Source: an uncultured Acidobacteriota bacterium (lineage in GTDB: Bacteria > Acidobacteriota > Thermoanaerobaculia > Multivoradales > Multivoraceae). From it: 64,000 bases of DNA. The notes beneath the pieces were generated by a model, which worked only from the letters and a program-made list of their open reading frames with translations, did not search any database and was not told the origin of the DNA. Below, one piece after another: positions 32,656-42,822 of the stretch (its first letter is position 1; each line of letters opens with the position of its first letter). A program made the position numbers and the translations under genes. Where the stretch lies: assembly GCA_963851415.1 (NCBI GenBank), contig CAWKPF010000003.1, positions 2,007,695 through 2,071,694 on the forward strand, written 5' to 3'.

Positions 32656-33432
32656 TCAACCGACTTCGAGAAGAGTTCGCCGCATCACTTCGTACGAGCG
32701 CAGCTCCCGGCCGAGGAAGGCCCGGCGAACCTCGCGGCACAAGCCTTCTGTCTGGCGCAAGACCTCCGTCGCGGGCGGTGAGCCCGAGAGACCTTCGATG
32801 TCGAACCTTGCCGTCTCGAGAAGAAACTCGAGCACGCCGGGGCCCACCCTCAACGAGGAACCACCCCCCGCGGCTCGCTCGCCCCGGGCGCACTCGACAC
32901 ACAAGAGAGTCTCTCCGCCAGTCGAGAGAGCGGCTCCCTCCGGAGAGAAGGCACGCAGACAGACCGGGCACTCTCGCGGAGGTGGAAAGATCCCAGCCAG
33001 CCGGAGGACCCAGATCTCGAAGTATCGAGCCACCAGGTCGAGATCGCGCTTGGCCAGAAGCGCCACAACGGCGATGTCCAGCAGCCGATACAGCTCCTCG
33101 CTCGCTTCCTCCTCCTGCGCGAAGACGTCCACATGCTCGGCCAGATAGCTGGCCAGAAGCAGGGTCTCGAGATCGGATTGCAGGCCATGCGCGGACCGCT
33201 GCATCGCGACATCCTGGATTCTCACCAGATCGCGATTCTGCTTCTCGAACCACTCCACCCGGACCTTGGCCAGCGGCTGGAGTAGCCCAGCGAAGCGGCT
33301 GTACTTGAGACGCGAGCCCGAGGCGACTCCTCGCTTGCGCCCGAACTCGGGAGTCACGAATGTGACGATCCGGTCCTTCTCCTGCAGATCCGTCACCTGA
33401 AGGAGAATCGCTTCAGACGTACGCTGATTCAC
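32656..33432 (-). CDS. recO: DNA repair protein RecO
   Basis: OB-fold N-terminus EAILLQVTDLQEKDRIVTFVTPEFG and a CxxC...CxxC zinc motif (CPVC...CVEC); classical recO-glyQS synteny. Confidence 0.8.
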   Translation of the reverse strand: MNQRTSEAILLQVTDLQEKDRIVTFVTPEFGRKRGVASGSRLKYSRFAGLLQPLAKVRVEWFEKQNRDLVRIQDVAMQRSAHGLQSDLETLLLASYLAEHVDVFAQEEEASEELYRLLDIAVVALLAKRDLDLVARYFEIWVLRLAGIFPPPRECPVCLRAFSPEGAALSTGGETLLCVECARGERAAGGGSSLRVGPGVLEFLLETARFDIEGLSGSPPATEVLRQTEGLCREVRRAFLGRELRSYEVMRRTLLEVG

Positions 33433-33444
33433 GAAGAGAGAACC

Positions 33445-34836
33445 TCAGACCATGAGCCAGTCGATCATCAGGGAAGCCATGCCGAAGTAGATCAGGATCC
33501 CCGCGATGTCGCAGGTGGTCGTGACCATGGGACCGGCCGCCACCGCAGGATCGACGCCGATCCGTTCGAAGAGCACCGGAACCAGAGAGCCGTTGAGAGA
33601 GGCCACCATGATCGCCAGAAACAGGGAAACGGCAACAGTCAGACCGAAGGCAAGGTTGCCCTCCTTCAGGTACGCCCCAACTGCGATGAGCAACGCGCAC
33701 ACCGATCCGATGATGAGCCCGACTCGCAACTGTTGACCGAGGAACTGTCGGGTGCGACCTTCCGCGATTCGGCCCGTGGCCAGTCCTCGCACGGCAATGG
33801 TCGAGGTCTGGGAGCCGATGTTTCCACCCATACCCATGATCACCGGAACGAATGCCATCAGGAAGAGAGCTTGAGACAGTGAGAGCTGAAAGTATTCGAG
33901 GAGGAAGCCGGTAATCGTCAGACCGACCAGGTTGATCAAGATCCAGGGTAGGCGAATTCCAGCGATCCGCCACGTCCGCTCCTGATAGATCAGCTCATCG
34001 TCCGAAGAGCCGACCATCTTGAAGAGATCTTCCTCTACCTCTTCGTTCACCACGGTCATCACGTCGTCGATCGTGACCAGACCGACCAGTCGCCCCACTT
34101 CATCGACTACCGGCACGGCGAGGAGGTCGTAGCGCATGGCGAGTAGCGCCACTTCCGCCTGGTCGGTATCCGTGCTGACCGAGATCACGCCGCGCTCCAT
34201 GATCTCTGCGAGGGTGCGGTGCGGCTGGTTCAGCAGCAGACGTCTCAACGAGGTGACCCCGATCAGTGCCCCCGCTTCGTCGACGACGTAGAGGTAGAAG
34301 ATCATCTCGACGTCTTCGCCCAGCTTCTGGATGGCCGCGATCGCTTCCTGGACGGTGGTGCTCGCGGGCAGAGCGAAGAACTCGGTCGTCATCATGCGAC
34401 CGGCACTGTCGTCCTCGTACGCTAGCTGGGCGGCGTCCTCGAGGCTGCCTCGAACTCCTTCGATCTGAAGGACTTCCTCGCGCAAGTGCTCGGGCAGCAG
34501 ATCGAACACGGAGACCCTGTCATCCGGTGGCATCGACTCGAGGACCCGGGCCGTACGCTCCGGCGGCATGCGCTCGAACAACTGGCCACGGGTCGACGGC
34601 TGCATTTCGGCGAACAGCTCACCGACCTCGTCGGCGTAGTCCTCCAGGGCGATGTTCACGACGTACATCTGTTCGTCGGGTGTCAGGTCGCCCATGACCA
34701 AGGCAACGTCCTCCGGACGAACGTGATCGAGCAGACGCGAGAGGCTTCGCCGAGCCCCACGACGAACCAGACGCCTCAGAACGGGCGTCAGACGCTGGAT
34801 CCGCTGATCGATACCCTCGGCAGCCATGCCGGGCAT
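33445..34836 (-). CDS. mgtE: Magnesium transporter MgtE
   Basis: MgtE N-domain, tandem CBS domains and a 5-TM C-terminal channel domain. Confidence 0.85.
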   Translation of the reverse strand: MPGMAAEGIDQRIQRLTPVLRRLVRRGARRSLSRLLDHVRPEDVALVMGDLTPDEQMYVVNIALEDYADEVGELFAEMQPSTRGQLFERMPPERTARVLESMPPDDRVSVFDLLPEHLREEVLQIEGVRGSLEDAAQLAYEDDSAGRMMTTEFFALPASTTVQEAIAAIQKLGEDVEMIFYLYVVDEAGALIGVTSLRRLLLNQPHRTLAEIMERGVISVSTDTDQAEVALLAMRYDLLAVPVVDEVGRLVGLVTIDDVMTVVNEEVEEDLFKMVGSSDDELIYQERTWRIAGIRLPWILINLVGLTITGFLLEYFQLSLSQALFLMAFVPVIMGMGGNIGSQTSTIAVRGLATGRIAEGRTRQFLGQQLRVGLIIGSVCALLIAVGAYLKEGNLAFGLTVAVSLFLAIMVASLNGSLVPVLFERIGVDPAVAAGPMVTTTCDIAGILIYFGMASLMIDWLMV

Positions 34837-34918
34837 GCTACCGCGAAAACTGGAGGGAGCCCTCGCCCACCTCGGCCGCGGCAGCCGAAGACCTCCCCTC
34901 GAGAGGGTGGGAATCGCC

Positions 34919-35842
34919 TCAGATCAGAGGATCGAGCCCTCGGTCGAGCTCATTCAGGACGTGGGCATTTTCACGCCAACGCGGCTCGTGCTTGACGTGA
35001 AGGTCGAGATGGATCGGTCGTTCCAGGAATTCCTGGAGATCCTGTCGGGCCGCCGTTCCGATCTCCTTGATCATCGAGCCTCGGTGGCCGATCACGATCT
35101 TCTTCTGACCGCTGCGCTCGACCAGGATCGTTGCGGAGATGGTGAGCCGAGAGGGTTTGCCGTCTTCGCGTGGCTCCTCCGGTGACCACCCCTCGACCAC
35201 GACCGCTGTCGCGAATGGCAACTCCTCGCGGGTCAGCGCCAGGACCTTCTCTCGAATCCGCTCACCTACCAGAAAGCGCTCGGTGTGAATGGTGAGCAAC
35301 TCCGGATCGTAGAGAGGCTCACCCACCGGGATGCGCTGCCAGAGGAGCTCCAGAAGCACTTCGGTGCCATCCCCCTCTTGGGCACTGACTGGCACGATCT
35401 CCTCGAACAGCCCAGTCTGGGCATAACGCTCGATCTGGGGGAGCAGTTTCGGCTTCTTCACCCGATCCACCTTGTTCAGAGCCAAGAGCCGAGGGCTCCG
35501 GGCACGTCCCACGAGCTCGAGCATGAACTCGTCCCCGCGACCGAACGAGGCGGAAGCATCGACCACGAGGCAAATTACGTCGGCCTCACCGAGGCTGTCG
35601 ACCGCCGCCTGGACCATCCTGCGATTGAGCCGGTGCAGGGGTTTGTGAACCCCCGGGGTGTCGAGGAAGACCATCTGCCCACGCTCCTCGGAGAGAATGC
35701 CCACGAGTCGGTGACGGGTAGTCTGGGGCTTGTCCGACACGATCGCGAGCTTCTCGCGCAACATCCGATTCATCAGAGTCGACTTGCCCACGTTGGGGCG
35801 CCCGACCAGGGCCACCGAGCCCGACCGATAGCCATCACTCAT
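34919..35842 (-). CDS. era: GTPase Era
   Basis: G1 GRPNVGKST, G3 DTPG, G4 NKVD and a C-terminal KH domain; overlaps ybeY by 8 nt. Confidence 0.9.
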   Translation of the reverse strand: MSDGYRSGSVALVGRPNVGKSTLMNRMLREKLAIVSDKPQTTRHRLVGILSEERGQMVFLDTPGVHKPLHRLNRRMVQAAVDSLGEADVICLVVDASASFGRGDEFMLELVGRARSPRLLALNKVDRVKKPKLLPQIERYAQTGLFEEIVPVSAQEGDGTEVLLELLWQRIPVGEPLYDPELLTIHTERFLVGERIREKVLALTREELPFATAVVVEGWSPEEPREDGKPSRLTISATILVERSGQKKIVIGHRGSMIKEIGTAARQDLQEFLERPIHLDLHVKHEPRWRENAHVLNELDRGLDPLI

Positions 35843-36260
35843 GGTGATCCACCCACTTCTTTCGAAGTCGCCTCTCGAGGCGAACCATCTCCCCCCGGTC
35901 GGTTTCGTGGTCGTGTCCCATGCAGTGAAGCACTCCGTGCAGTATCAAGGTCTTGAGCTCCTGTTCGATGTCCCGGTCCGCATCCTGCGCCTGGAGTCGT
36001 GCGGTGGGCAGCGCGATCACGACATCCCCGAGATGATGCCCTTCCGGGGAATCACTCCCCGGGAACGAGAGGACGTCGGTCGAGCGATCGATGTCACGGT
36101 AGGTTCGGTTGATTTCCCGCATTTCTCGGTCGCTCACGATTCGCAATGCAAAGCTGTCTCTGTCTGGAGCCAACGTCGCCAGCAGCTTCGTTAGCCAGGG
36201 CCGCAGCACGCGGATCCGGACCCCGGAGTAGCGATTCGGGTTCTGGATGAAGACTTCCAC
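35835..36260 (-). CDS. ybeY: rRNA maturation endoribonuclease YbeY
   Basis: HGVLHCMGHDHE metal-binding motif (H3xH5xH) and DVLSFP; start uncertain (GTG at 36260 or overlapping the preceding gene). Confidence 0.8.
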   Translation of the reverse strand: MEVFIQNPNRYSGVRIRVLRPWLTKLLATLAPDRDSFALRIVSDREMREINRTYRDIDRSTDVLSFPGSDSPEGHHLGDVVIALPTARLQAQDADRDIEQELKTLILHGVLHCMGHDHETDRGEMVRLERRLRKKWVDHHE

Positions 36261-36297
36261 ACCGTCCTCGAAGACCAGCGCACCCCAGCGGGTCGGC

Positions 36298-38598
36298 TCA
36301 GCTCGAGCCGCCGGAGCCGCCCACCACCCGAAACGGCTCGCGTTCATTGTTGAAGTCGAAGCCCGGGTATTCGACACGCTTGTGATAGATCGACTCCAGG
36401 ACTCGACAGAAGGCGTCGGTTACGGCGCGCAGATCGCGCAGAGTGAGATCGCATTGGTCGAGTTGATCCTGCTCGAGACAGTCCTCGAGGAGCTCCCTGA
36501 CCAGGTTGCGAATGCGCGCCGGAGTGGGATTGCGCAGCACCCTGCTCGCGGCCTCGACGCCGTCCGCCAGCATCAACACGCCCATGACCTTGCTCTGAGG
36601 CTTGGGACCCGGATAGCGATAGTCGGCTTCTGAAACCTCGCCTCCATCAGGAGCGCTTCGTTCCTTGGCTCGATTGAGAAAGAACGCCAGCTTGCTCGTT
36701 CCGTGATGCTGCTGGATGGCATCGATGATCGGTCTGGGCAAGCCGTACTCTCGAGCCAGCTCTACGCCCTCTTTCACGTGACTGATCACGATCAAACTGC
36801 TCATCGAAGGTGCCAGCTTGTCGTGGAGGTTCTCGCCAACCGGCTGGTTCTCGGCGAAGTACTGGGGGCGCAACACCTTGCCGATGTCGTGATAGAGCCC
36901 GGCCGTATAGGCCAACACCGAGTTGGCTTCGATCGCCTCACATCCGACCTTGGCCAGGTTCGCCACCATCAGGGAGTGCTGGAACGTACCCGGGGCCTCG
37001 AATGCCACTCGACGCAGCAGTGGGAGATTCGTATCCGAGAGCTCCATCAACTTGATGTCTGTCGTGACCGACAACACGGACTCGAGGATCGGCACGGCGA
37101 AGCTCGCTACGGCGGCCACGAGGATTCCTCCCACGAACGCGCACGCCGCGTCGAATCCGACCCCTGACAGGGTCAATTCTCCGGCCGACACCATCCCCAG
37201 CATCAAGGCCACCAGGGCATTGACCGCTCCGACCACCAGTCCTGCCCTGGTCACCGCCGAGCGCCGCTTGAGCCGGTCCAGGGAGAACACCGCTGCCAAC
37301 GACCCGACCAGGGCAAACAGGATCGCCCAGGACTGACCCTCGCCCACCATTCGACCGGCCAGAACGGCGAAGGACACTCCGGTGACCAATCCCAACGGTC
37401 TGCCATACGAGAGCGACACGATCAGCGACAGAGCCGCAAAAGGAATCGCCATCGAATAGCTGGCCGCGGAGTCGAACGGCGCTCGATCGAAGGACTGAGC
37501 CAGTGCCTGCGACACGACCAGCCCCAGCTTCACCATGATCAAGGAAAGCATGGTGAGCAGGAGGATCCCTCCAAACGTCCCCCGCTCGATAGTCGTGCGA
37601 GAGAGCTCGATTCGGATCGACAGCCACAACAGGAGCACGGCGAGACTCACCAGGACCGCGTTGCCGAGCAACGTCAGCCCGACGCTGCTCTTTCGCCCAT
37701 TGGTACCCAGCTGGTCGAGAGCTCGCACAGCAGCTCCGTCGACCAGGTCTCCTTTGCGAACGATCACCTGCCCCTTCCTGATTTCGCGATAGACCTCTCC
37801 GGATTCCGAGAAGGCGCGGTCGCGCCGCGCGGCGGTCTCACTCCGATTCAGGTAGATGTTCGCTGGGACGTTCTCCACCATCAGGTCGACGACCAGGTCG
37901 CGCTCCGCGCGGCTCCAGCCACTCCACTGTCGCACCGCGCTGGCGAAGTACTCGCGAACCTCCTCCGGGACCGAGCGGTACTCGTACAGATCGAGCCGCA
38001 CCCGCTCCCTTCCACTCTGCAGATTCCGCAGCGTGATCCCGTTCATGCGGTTCTCGAGGAGCTGGGCCTTGTCGTCCACCACACCGCCTCGCAGTGCCGC
38101 TCCCACCAGTCCTCGCAGCAGGTCTTCGAGATCGGTCGAGAACTCCCGGCGCTGAAGGAGCTCGAACTGCTCAGGAGTCACCTTGAGATCGATCTCCGCG
38201 GTCAACACTTCGACCAGCGCCTCGGGCTGATAGGAAATCTCGGTCTTGACCACCGGTTCCGGCTCGCCACTCTTCTCGACGTCGGAATCCCCCTCGCGAC
38301 TTCCGCCCTCGATCGCCAGGAGCGCTCGGCCACGGGCAAAGAGACCGATCAGCTCCTCGTCGAGCCGAGGCGCGATCATGGGATCGAAGTCGTATACCGG
38401 AAGCACGGCCTGCCGCGCCTGCTCCCTCTGCTGCTGGGTCGCGGCTTCGTCGAGCACCATCACATCCTGAGGAGCGAGATGATCTCGCGACGCCACGTGC
38501 CCTGCTCTGATCTCCGGTCCGAGCAGACTGCCGACGGGCAGCAGCAAGAGCGCTCCCAGGACGATGGCGAGCCCCGCCCACAGTCGGTCCATCGCCAT
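36298..38598 (-). CDS. 7TM-receptor-HD (HDIG) phosphohydrolase, PgpH/YqfF-like (candidate cyclic-di-AMP phosphodiesterase)
   Basis: Large extracellular N-domain, 7 TM helices, C-terminal HD domain (LYHDIGK...HH); conserved position between phoH and ybeY; start uncertain (38598-38685). Confidence 0.75.
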   Translation of the reverse strand: MAMDRLWAGLAIVLGALLLLPVGSLLGPEIRAGHVASRDHLAPQDVMVLDEAATQQQREQARQAVLPVYDFDPMIAPRLDEELIGLFARGRALLAIEGGSREGDSDVEKSGEPEPVVKTEISYQPEALVEVLTAEIDLKVTPEQFELLQRREFSTDLEDLLRGLVGAALRGGVVDDKAQLLENRMNGITLRNLQSGRERVRLDLYEYRSVPEEVREYFASAVRQWSGWSRAERDLVVDLMVENVPANIYLNRSETAARRDRAFSESGEVYREIRKGQVIVRKGDLVDGAAVRALDQLGTNGRKSSVGLTLLGNAVLVSLAVLLLWLSIRIELSRTTIERGTFGGILLLTMLSLIMVKLGLVVSQALAQSFDRAPFDSAASYSMAIPFAALSLIVSLSYGRPLGLVTGVSFAVLAGRMVGEGQSWAILFALVGSLAAVFSLDRLKRRSAVTRAGLVVGAVNALVALMLGMVSAGELTLSGVGFDAACAFVGGILVAAVASFAVPILESVLSVTTDIKLMELSDTNLPLLRRVAFEAPGTFQHSLMVANLAKVGCEAIEANSVLAYTAGLYHDIGKVLRPQYFAENQPVGENLHDKLAPSMSSLIVISHVKEGVELAREYGLPRPIIDAIQQHHGTSKLAFFLNRAKERSAPDGGEVSEADYRYPGPKPQSKVMGVLMLADGVEAASRVLRNPTPARIRNLVRELLEDCLEQDQLDQCDLTLRDLRAVTDAFCRVLESIYHKRVEYPGFDFNNEREPFRVVGGSGGSS

Positions 38599-38689
38599 GA
38601 TCGTCCGCCACCTGTCGGACAGCGACCGCCGGCCTCTCCGACGAGGGCGCACCTCTCCTTCGCTTCGACGTCTCAGAAGGCGCAAGCCG

Positions 38690-39715
38690 TCACCGCATAG
38701 CCCGGCTCTCGGAGCCCGGCTCCTCTTCGCCTACTCGCTCGTCCCACTTCTCGTAGGCGCTCACGATGCGCGCCACCAGGTCGTGGCGAACCACATCCGC
38801 GCGGGCGAAGTGCACGAAGGCGATCCCGTCCGTGTCGGCGAGCACCTCCTGGGCCTGCCTGAGCCCGGAGACCTTCCCGGCCGGAAGATCGACCTGTGTG
38901 ACGTCCCCGTTGATGACCGCCTTCGAGCCGAAACCGATCCGAGTGAGGAACATCTTCATCTGTTCGGGGGTCGTGTTCTGCGCTTCGTCGAGAATGATGA
39001 AGGCCTCGTTGAGCGTTCGGCCCCTCATGAACGCGAGCGGTGCCACTTCGATGATCTCGCGCTCGATCATCCTGCCGACTTTCTCGAACCCGATGATGTC
39101 GTAGAGCGCGTCGTAGAGAGGGCGAAGGTAGGGGTTCACCTTCTCGGCGAGGTCGCCGGGGAGGAATCCGAGCTTCTCGCCCGCTTCAACCGCGGGACGG
39201 GCCAGAACGATGCGTCGCACCTGCTTCTCGAGCAGCGCGGCAGCGGCCATCGCGACCGCCAGATAGGTCTTCCCCGTGCCGGCCGGGCCGACCGAGATCA
39301 CCAGATCGTGATCCATCATGGCTCGGATGTAGCGCTTCTGATTGAGGCTTCTCGGCGCTACCAGTCGACTGGTGGCCGCCATCAGACCGTCTTGAAGGAA
39401 GAAATCGACCAGCGACGCTTCGGGACTCTCGCTGACCACACGGATCGCGGTGCGAACATCTCCCTGGCTGAGACGGTGACCGCGGCCGATCAGATCCGAA
39501 AGCTCGGTGAGCAGGTGGCGGGCGACCCGCACCGCAGGCGCCGGGCCGCTGACCAGAGCCCGATCGCCCCGAATGGCCAGGTCGACACCGAGCTCGGACT
39601 CGATGCGCTGGAGATTCTCGTCGTGGGTGCCGCAGATCAGGCGTCCCGCACCTTCGAAGAGCTCGACCTCCGAGGCCGGCTGACCCGCCTCAGTGTCGAT
39701 CGCGGTATCTGTCAA
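38690..39715 (-). CDS. phoH: PhoH-like ATPase
   Basis: N-terminal KH-like region plus P-loop GPAGTGKTYLAVAMA and DEAQNTT. Confidence 0.9.
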   Translation of the reverse strand: MTDTAIDTEAGQPASEVELFEGAGRLICGTHDENLQRIESELGVDLAIRGDRALVSGPAPAVRVARHLLTELSDLIGRGHRLSQGDVRTAIRVVSESPEASLVDFFLQDGLMAATSRLVAPRSLNQKRYIRAMMDHDLVISVGPAGTGKTYLAVAMAAAALLEKQVRRIVLARPAVEAGEKLGFLPGDLAEKVNPYLRPLYDALYDIIGFEKVGRMIEREIIEVAPLAFMRGRTLNEAFIILDEAQNTTPEQMKMFLTRIGFGSKAVINGDVTQVDLPAGKVSGLRQAQEVLADTDGIAFVHFARADVVRHDLVARIVSAYEKWDERVGEEEPGSESRAMR

Positions 39716-39931
39716 AAAGAATCCTTTTGCGAGGTCTTGGGAAGTCAGTTCCGAAGTATCGAGGCACTTGCCCCGTGCCGGTGGACGAGTCGGGCCTGCT
39801 GGCAGTCTGCCCGGGAGTCCGAGACGTGGCCCGGATCCGCAAGACCCGTTCGAGGTGAGGCGGGGCCGGGCTCGGCCCCTCGAGGTCCTAGTCTATCGAA
39901 AGCCCCTCCTGAGGGACGGTCCAGGGCCGCC

Positions 39932-40786
39932 TCAGTCCTCGTAGCTGTAGAAGCCACGCCCGCTTTTTCGTCCCAGACGCCCGGCTTGCACCATCTGCTT
40001 GAGCAGAGGCGGTGGCGCGAAGCGGGTCTCGCGATACTCCTCGAACATCACCTCGCCAACGAACAGGATGGTGTCCAATCCGATGAAATCGAGCAGAACG
40101 AACGGCCCCATCGGATGCCCGCAACCCAGGCGCATGCCGCGGTCGATGTCTTCGAGACTCCCCACACCGTTCTCGTACGCTCGGATGGCGTCGAGTAGAT
40201 AGGGTACGAGCAGTCGATTGACGATGAAGCCAGAGTTGTCCTTGCACGCCACCGGTGTCTTGCCGAGGCTCTCGATGAATGCGAAGCCCTGATCGAAGGT
40301 CTCGTCCGACGTGAGAATCGTCCGCACCACCTCGACCAACTGCATCACCGGTACCGGGTTGAAGAAGTGCAACCCGAGAAACGACTCGGGGCGGGAGGTC
40401 ACGACCGCGAGCTGGGTCAGCGTCAGCGATGACGTATTGCTGGCGAAGAGCGCATCCTTCTTGACGCTCTGATCGAGCGCACGAAAGAGCGTCTTCTTTT
40501 CATCGACGTTCTCGATGATCGCCTCGACCACGAGATCGCATTCCGCGAGAACCTCGAGCTCGACCCCGCCGGACAGGCGGGCGAGCGCAGGCTCGAGATC
40601 CCCTTCCTCCATCTTCCCCTTGGCAACGGCTCGCTCCAGCGAAGAGCGCAGCGCCGAGAGCCCCTTATCCAGCAACTCCTGAGTGACCTCCCGAACCACG
40701 ACCTCGTATCCGGCGCGCGAAGCGACCTCGGCGATTCCTCGACCCATCTGGCCGCAGCCGACGATTCCTACGGTTTTGATACTCAT
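39932..40786 (-). CDS. 3-hydroxybutyryl-CoA / 3-hydroxyacyl-CoA dehydrogenase
   Basis: VGIVGCGQMGRGIA Rossmann motif and C-terminal 3HCDH domain. Confidence 0.8.
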   Translation of the reverse strand: MSIKTVGIVGCGQMGRGIAEVASRAGYEVVVREVTQELLDKGLSALRSSLERAVAKGKMEEGDLEPALARLSGGVELEVLAECDLVVEAIIENVDEKKTLFRALDQSVKKDALFASNTSSLTLTQLAVVTSRPESFLGLHFFNPVPVMQLVEVVRTILTSDETFDQGFAFIESLGKTPVACKDNSGFIVNRLLVPYLLDAIRAYENGVGSLEDIDRGMRLGCGHPMGPFVLLDFIGLDTILFVGEVMFEEYRETRFAPPPLLKQMVQAGRLGRKSGRGFYSYED

Positions 40787-40837
40787 ATCGTCCAACCGAG
40801 CTCCCTTTTGAGTGGACCTCCAAGAGGCAAGACGAGA

Positions 40838-41251
40838 CTACCCTATCTCCTCGAAGATCCGACTCTCTCCATCGCGCACGATGCGGAGCTCGAGCGCCCC
40901 GAACGGCCGGAATGGCAGGCGTTCTGCCCACTCCACCACGATCACTGCCTCTCGAGCCAGTAGCTCCTCGAGTCCGACTTCGATCGTCTCCTCCGGCAAC
41001 AGTCGATAGAGATCGATGTGAACGAAGTCGACCCCGTGACCGCGATGCTCGTGCACCAGTGTGAAGGTCGGGGACTGAATCTCGCGGCGGTCGACCCCCA
41101 GGGCCTCACCGACTCCGGCAGCGAGCACCGTCTTGCCGGAGCCCATCTCCCCGTAGAGCAGGAGCACTCCGACCGGGCGCAGCTCCTCCGCAAGGACTCG
41201 CCCCAACTCCCGCGTCTCGCCCTCGGATGCACTCACCCAGCGTCGTGTCAT
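40838..41251 (-). CDS. tsaE: tRNA threonylcarbamoyladenosine biosynthesis protein TsaE
   Basis: LYGEMGSGKT P-loop, SPTFTLVHEH and HIDLYRL are the TsaE/YjeE family signature. Confidence 0.8.
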   Translation of the reverse strand: MTRRWVSASEGETRELGRVLAEELRPVGVLLLYGEMGSGKTVLAAGVGEALGVDRREIQSPTFTLVHEHRGHGVDFVHIDLYRLLPEETIEVGLEELLAREAVIVVEWAERLPFRPFGALELRIVRDGESRIFEEIG

Positions 41252-41256
41252 CGCTT

Positions 41257-42822
41257 CTACTCGACGAGAGTGGCGAACGCCTGCGGGAGCATCTCGATCA
41301 GATCACCCGCGACCAGCGACAGCTCGCCGACCCGCTCGGCCGAAAGGTCTCCGGCCAGCCCGTGTACGAAGCAGCCGAGCCGGCTCGCCGTACGGGGGTC
41401 ATACCCCTGAGCCAGCAGTGCACCGATCACGCCGGCGAGAACGTCACCGGTGCCGCCCGAGGCCATTCCTGGATTGCCGGTCGGATTGATCACGACGTCC
41501 CCGTCCGGATCGGCGATCAGGGTCTGGTGACCCTTGAGCACTACGACAGCACCTGTCTCCCGCGCTGCCAGGCTCACGAAGCGCGGTCGATCCGCCTGGA
41601 TCTCGGCGCCAGGCACCTCGAGAAGTCGAGCCAGTTCCCCGGGGTGTGGGGTCAGCACCACCGACTCCCTGTCTCCCGCGGCCCGTTCCGCCAGCATCGA
41701 CGCCTGTCCCTCGAAGGCATTGATCCCGTCGGCATCGAGAACCAGAGGCCGCTCACTGTCGAGGACCAGGGAACGCACCATCTCCTCTGTCGAAGGGGCA
41801 CGGCCAAGCCCTGGCCCCACCACCATGGCGCTGCGCGCCGCGGCTGCCTCGAGCAGCAGCTCGAGGGAACGCTCCCCCAGCGCACCGCTGTCGTGATGTG
41901 GCACCGGCAAGGTCATCGACTCGAGGCTGACTGCTTCGAGAATCGGCACCAGAGGCTCCGCCACGGCGGCCGTGACCAACCCGACGCCGCTGCGCAGCGC
42001 AGAGCGTACGGCCATGGCTGCTGCTCCAGTCGTCCCGGGAGCTCCAGCTACCACCAGTAGATGACCGTAGCTTCCCTTGTGCGACTCTGCCGCCCGCGGC
42101 TCGATCAATCCACGGAGCTCTTCGGCGGACTGGACGAACAGCTGCCCCTCCGCTTCCTCCACCAGAAACCTCGGCAGCCCGAGGTCCGCAACCACGACCT
42201 CTCCACAGGACTCCAGCGCCGGAGAGAGCACGTGCGCGACTTTGGGCGCAGCAAACGTCACGGTGAGGTCTGCCCGAAGGTGAGGACCCGGGAGTTGAAA
42301 GCGACTTCCATGAAGCCCGCTCGGGAGATCGACAGCCACCACGGGAAGGGGAAGCTCGTTGATCGCGCCGACCAGCTCTGCGAGTCGTCCCTCCAGGGGA
42401 CGGGCGAGGCCGGTACCGAACATGGCGTCGACGATCAACTCGCAGCCGCGGGGGGCCACCGTGGTCTCGATCAGCTCCGAGACCGAGACCTCTTCCTCCC
42501 AGACGTGAACGGCAAGGCCCAGGCGCTCGACGATCTCGAGTTGCAGCAGAGCGTCGCCACGCAGCCGATCGGGCGACACGACCATCACGACTCGCGGAAG
42601 ACAGTCTCGCGTCATCAGATGACGAGCCACGGCGAGTCCGTCTCCCCCGTTGTTGCCCGGCCCACAGAGGACGCTGATCCGCTGCACATCGGGAAAGGAC
42701 TCCCCGATGGCCTCGACAACCCCGAGGGCCGCATTCTCCATCAGGACCAATCCAGGCACTCCGATCTCGACGATCGCCCGCTGATCCGCAGCGGCCATCG
42801 CCTCGGCGGTCAGTACCTTCAT
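41257..42822 (-). CDS. nnr: Bifunctional NAD(P)H-hydrate repair enzyme Nnr (NnrE epimerase + NnrD dehydratase)
   Basis: YjeF N-domain (CGPGNNGGDGLAVAR) and C-terminal carbohydrate-kinase-like domain (GPGLG...TPHPGE); start trimmed to MKVLTAEAM. Confidence 0.85.
   Translation of the reverse strand: MKVLTAEAMAAADQRAIVEIGVPGLVLMENAALGVVEAIGESFPDVQRISVLCGPGNNGGDGLAVARHLMTRDCLPRVVMVVSPDRLRGDALLQLEIVERLGLAVHVWEEEVSVSELIETTVAPRGCELIVDAMFGTGLARPLEGRLAELVGAINELPLPVVAVDLPSGLHGSRFQLPGPHLRADLTVTFAAPKVAHVLSPALESCGEVVVADLGLPRFLVEEAEGQLFVQSAEELRGLIEPRAAESHKGSYGHLLVVAGAPGTTGAAAMAVRSALRSGVGLVTAAVAEPLVPILEAVSLESMTLPVPHHDSGALGERSLELLLEAAAARSAMVVGPGLGRAPSTEEMVRSLVLDSERPLVLDADGINAFEGQASMLAERAAGDRESVVLTPHPGELARLLEVPGAEIQADRPRFVSLAARETGAVVVLKGHQTLIADPDGDVVINPTGNPGMASGGTGDVLAGVIGALLAQGYDPRTASRLGCFVHGLAGDLSAERVGELSLVAGDLIEMLPQAFATLVE

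Noticed and set aside
31805-33253. 482-aa ORF suggesting a fused or extended GlyQ
   Set aside because: Only the C-terminal 282 aa align to GlyQ. The N-terminal 200 codons overlap recO in another frame and are composition-biased read-through. Trimmed to the MASSGHW start at 32653.
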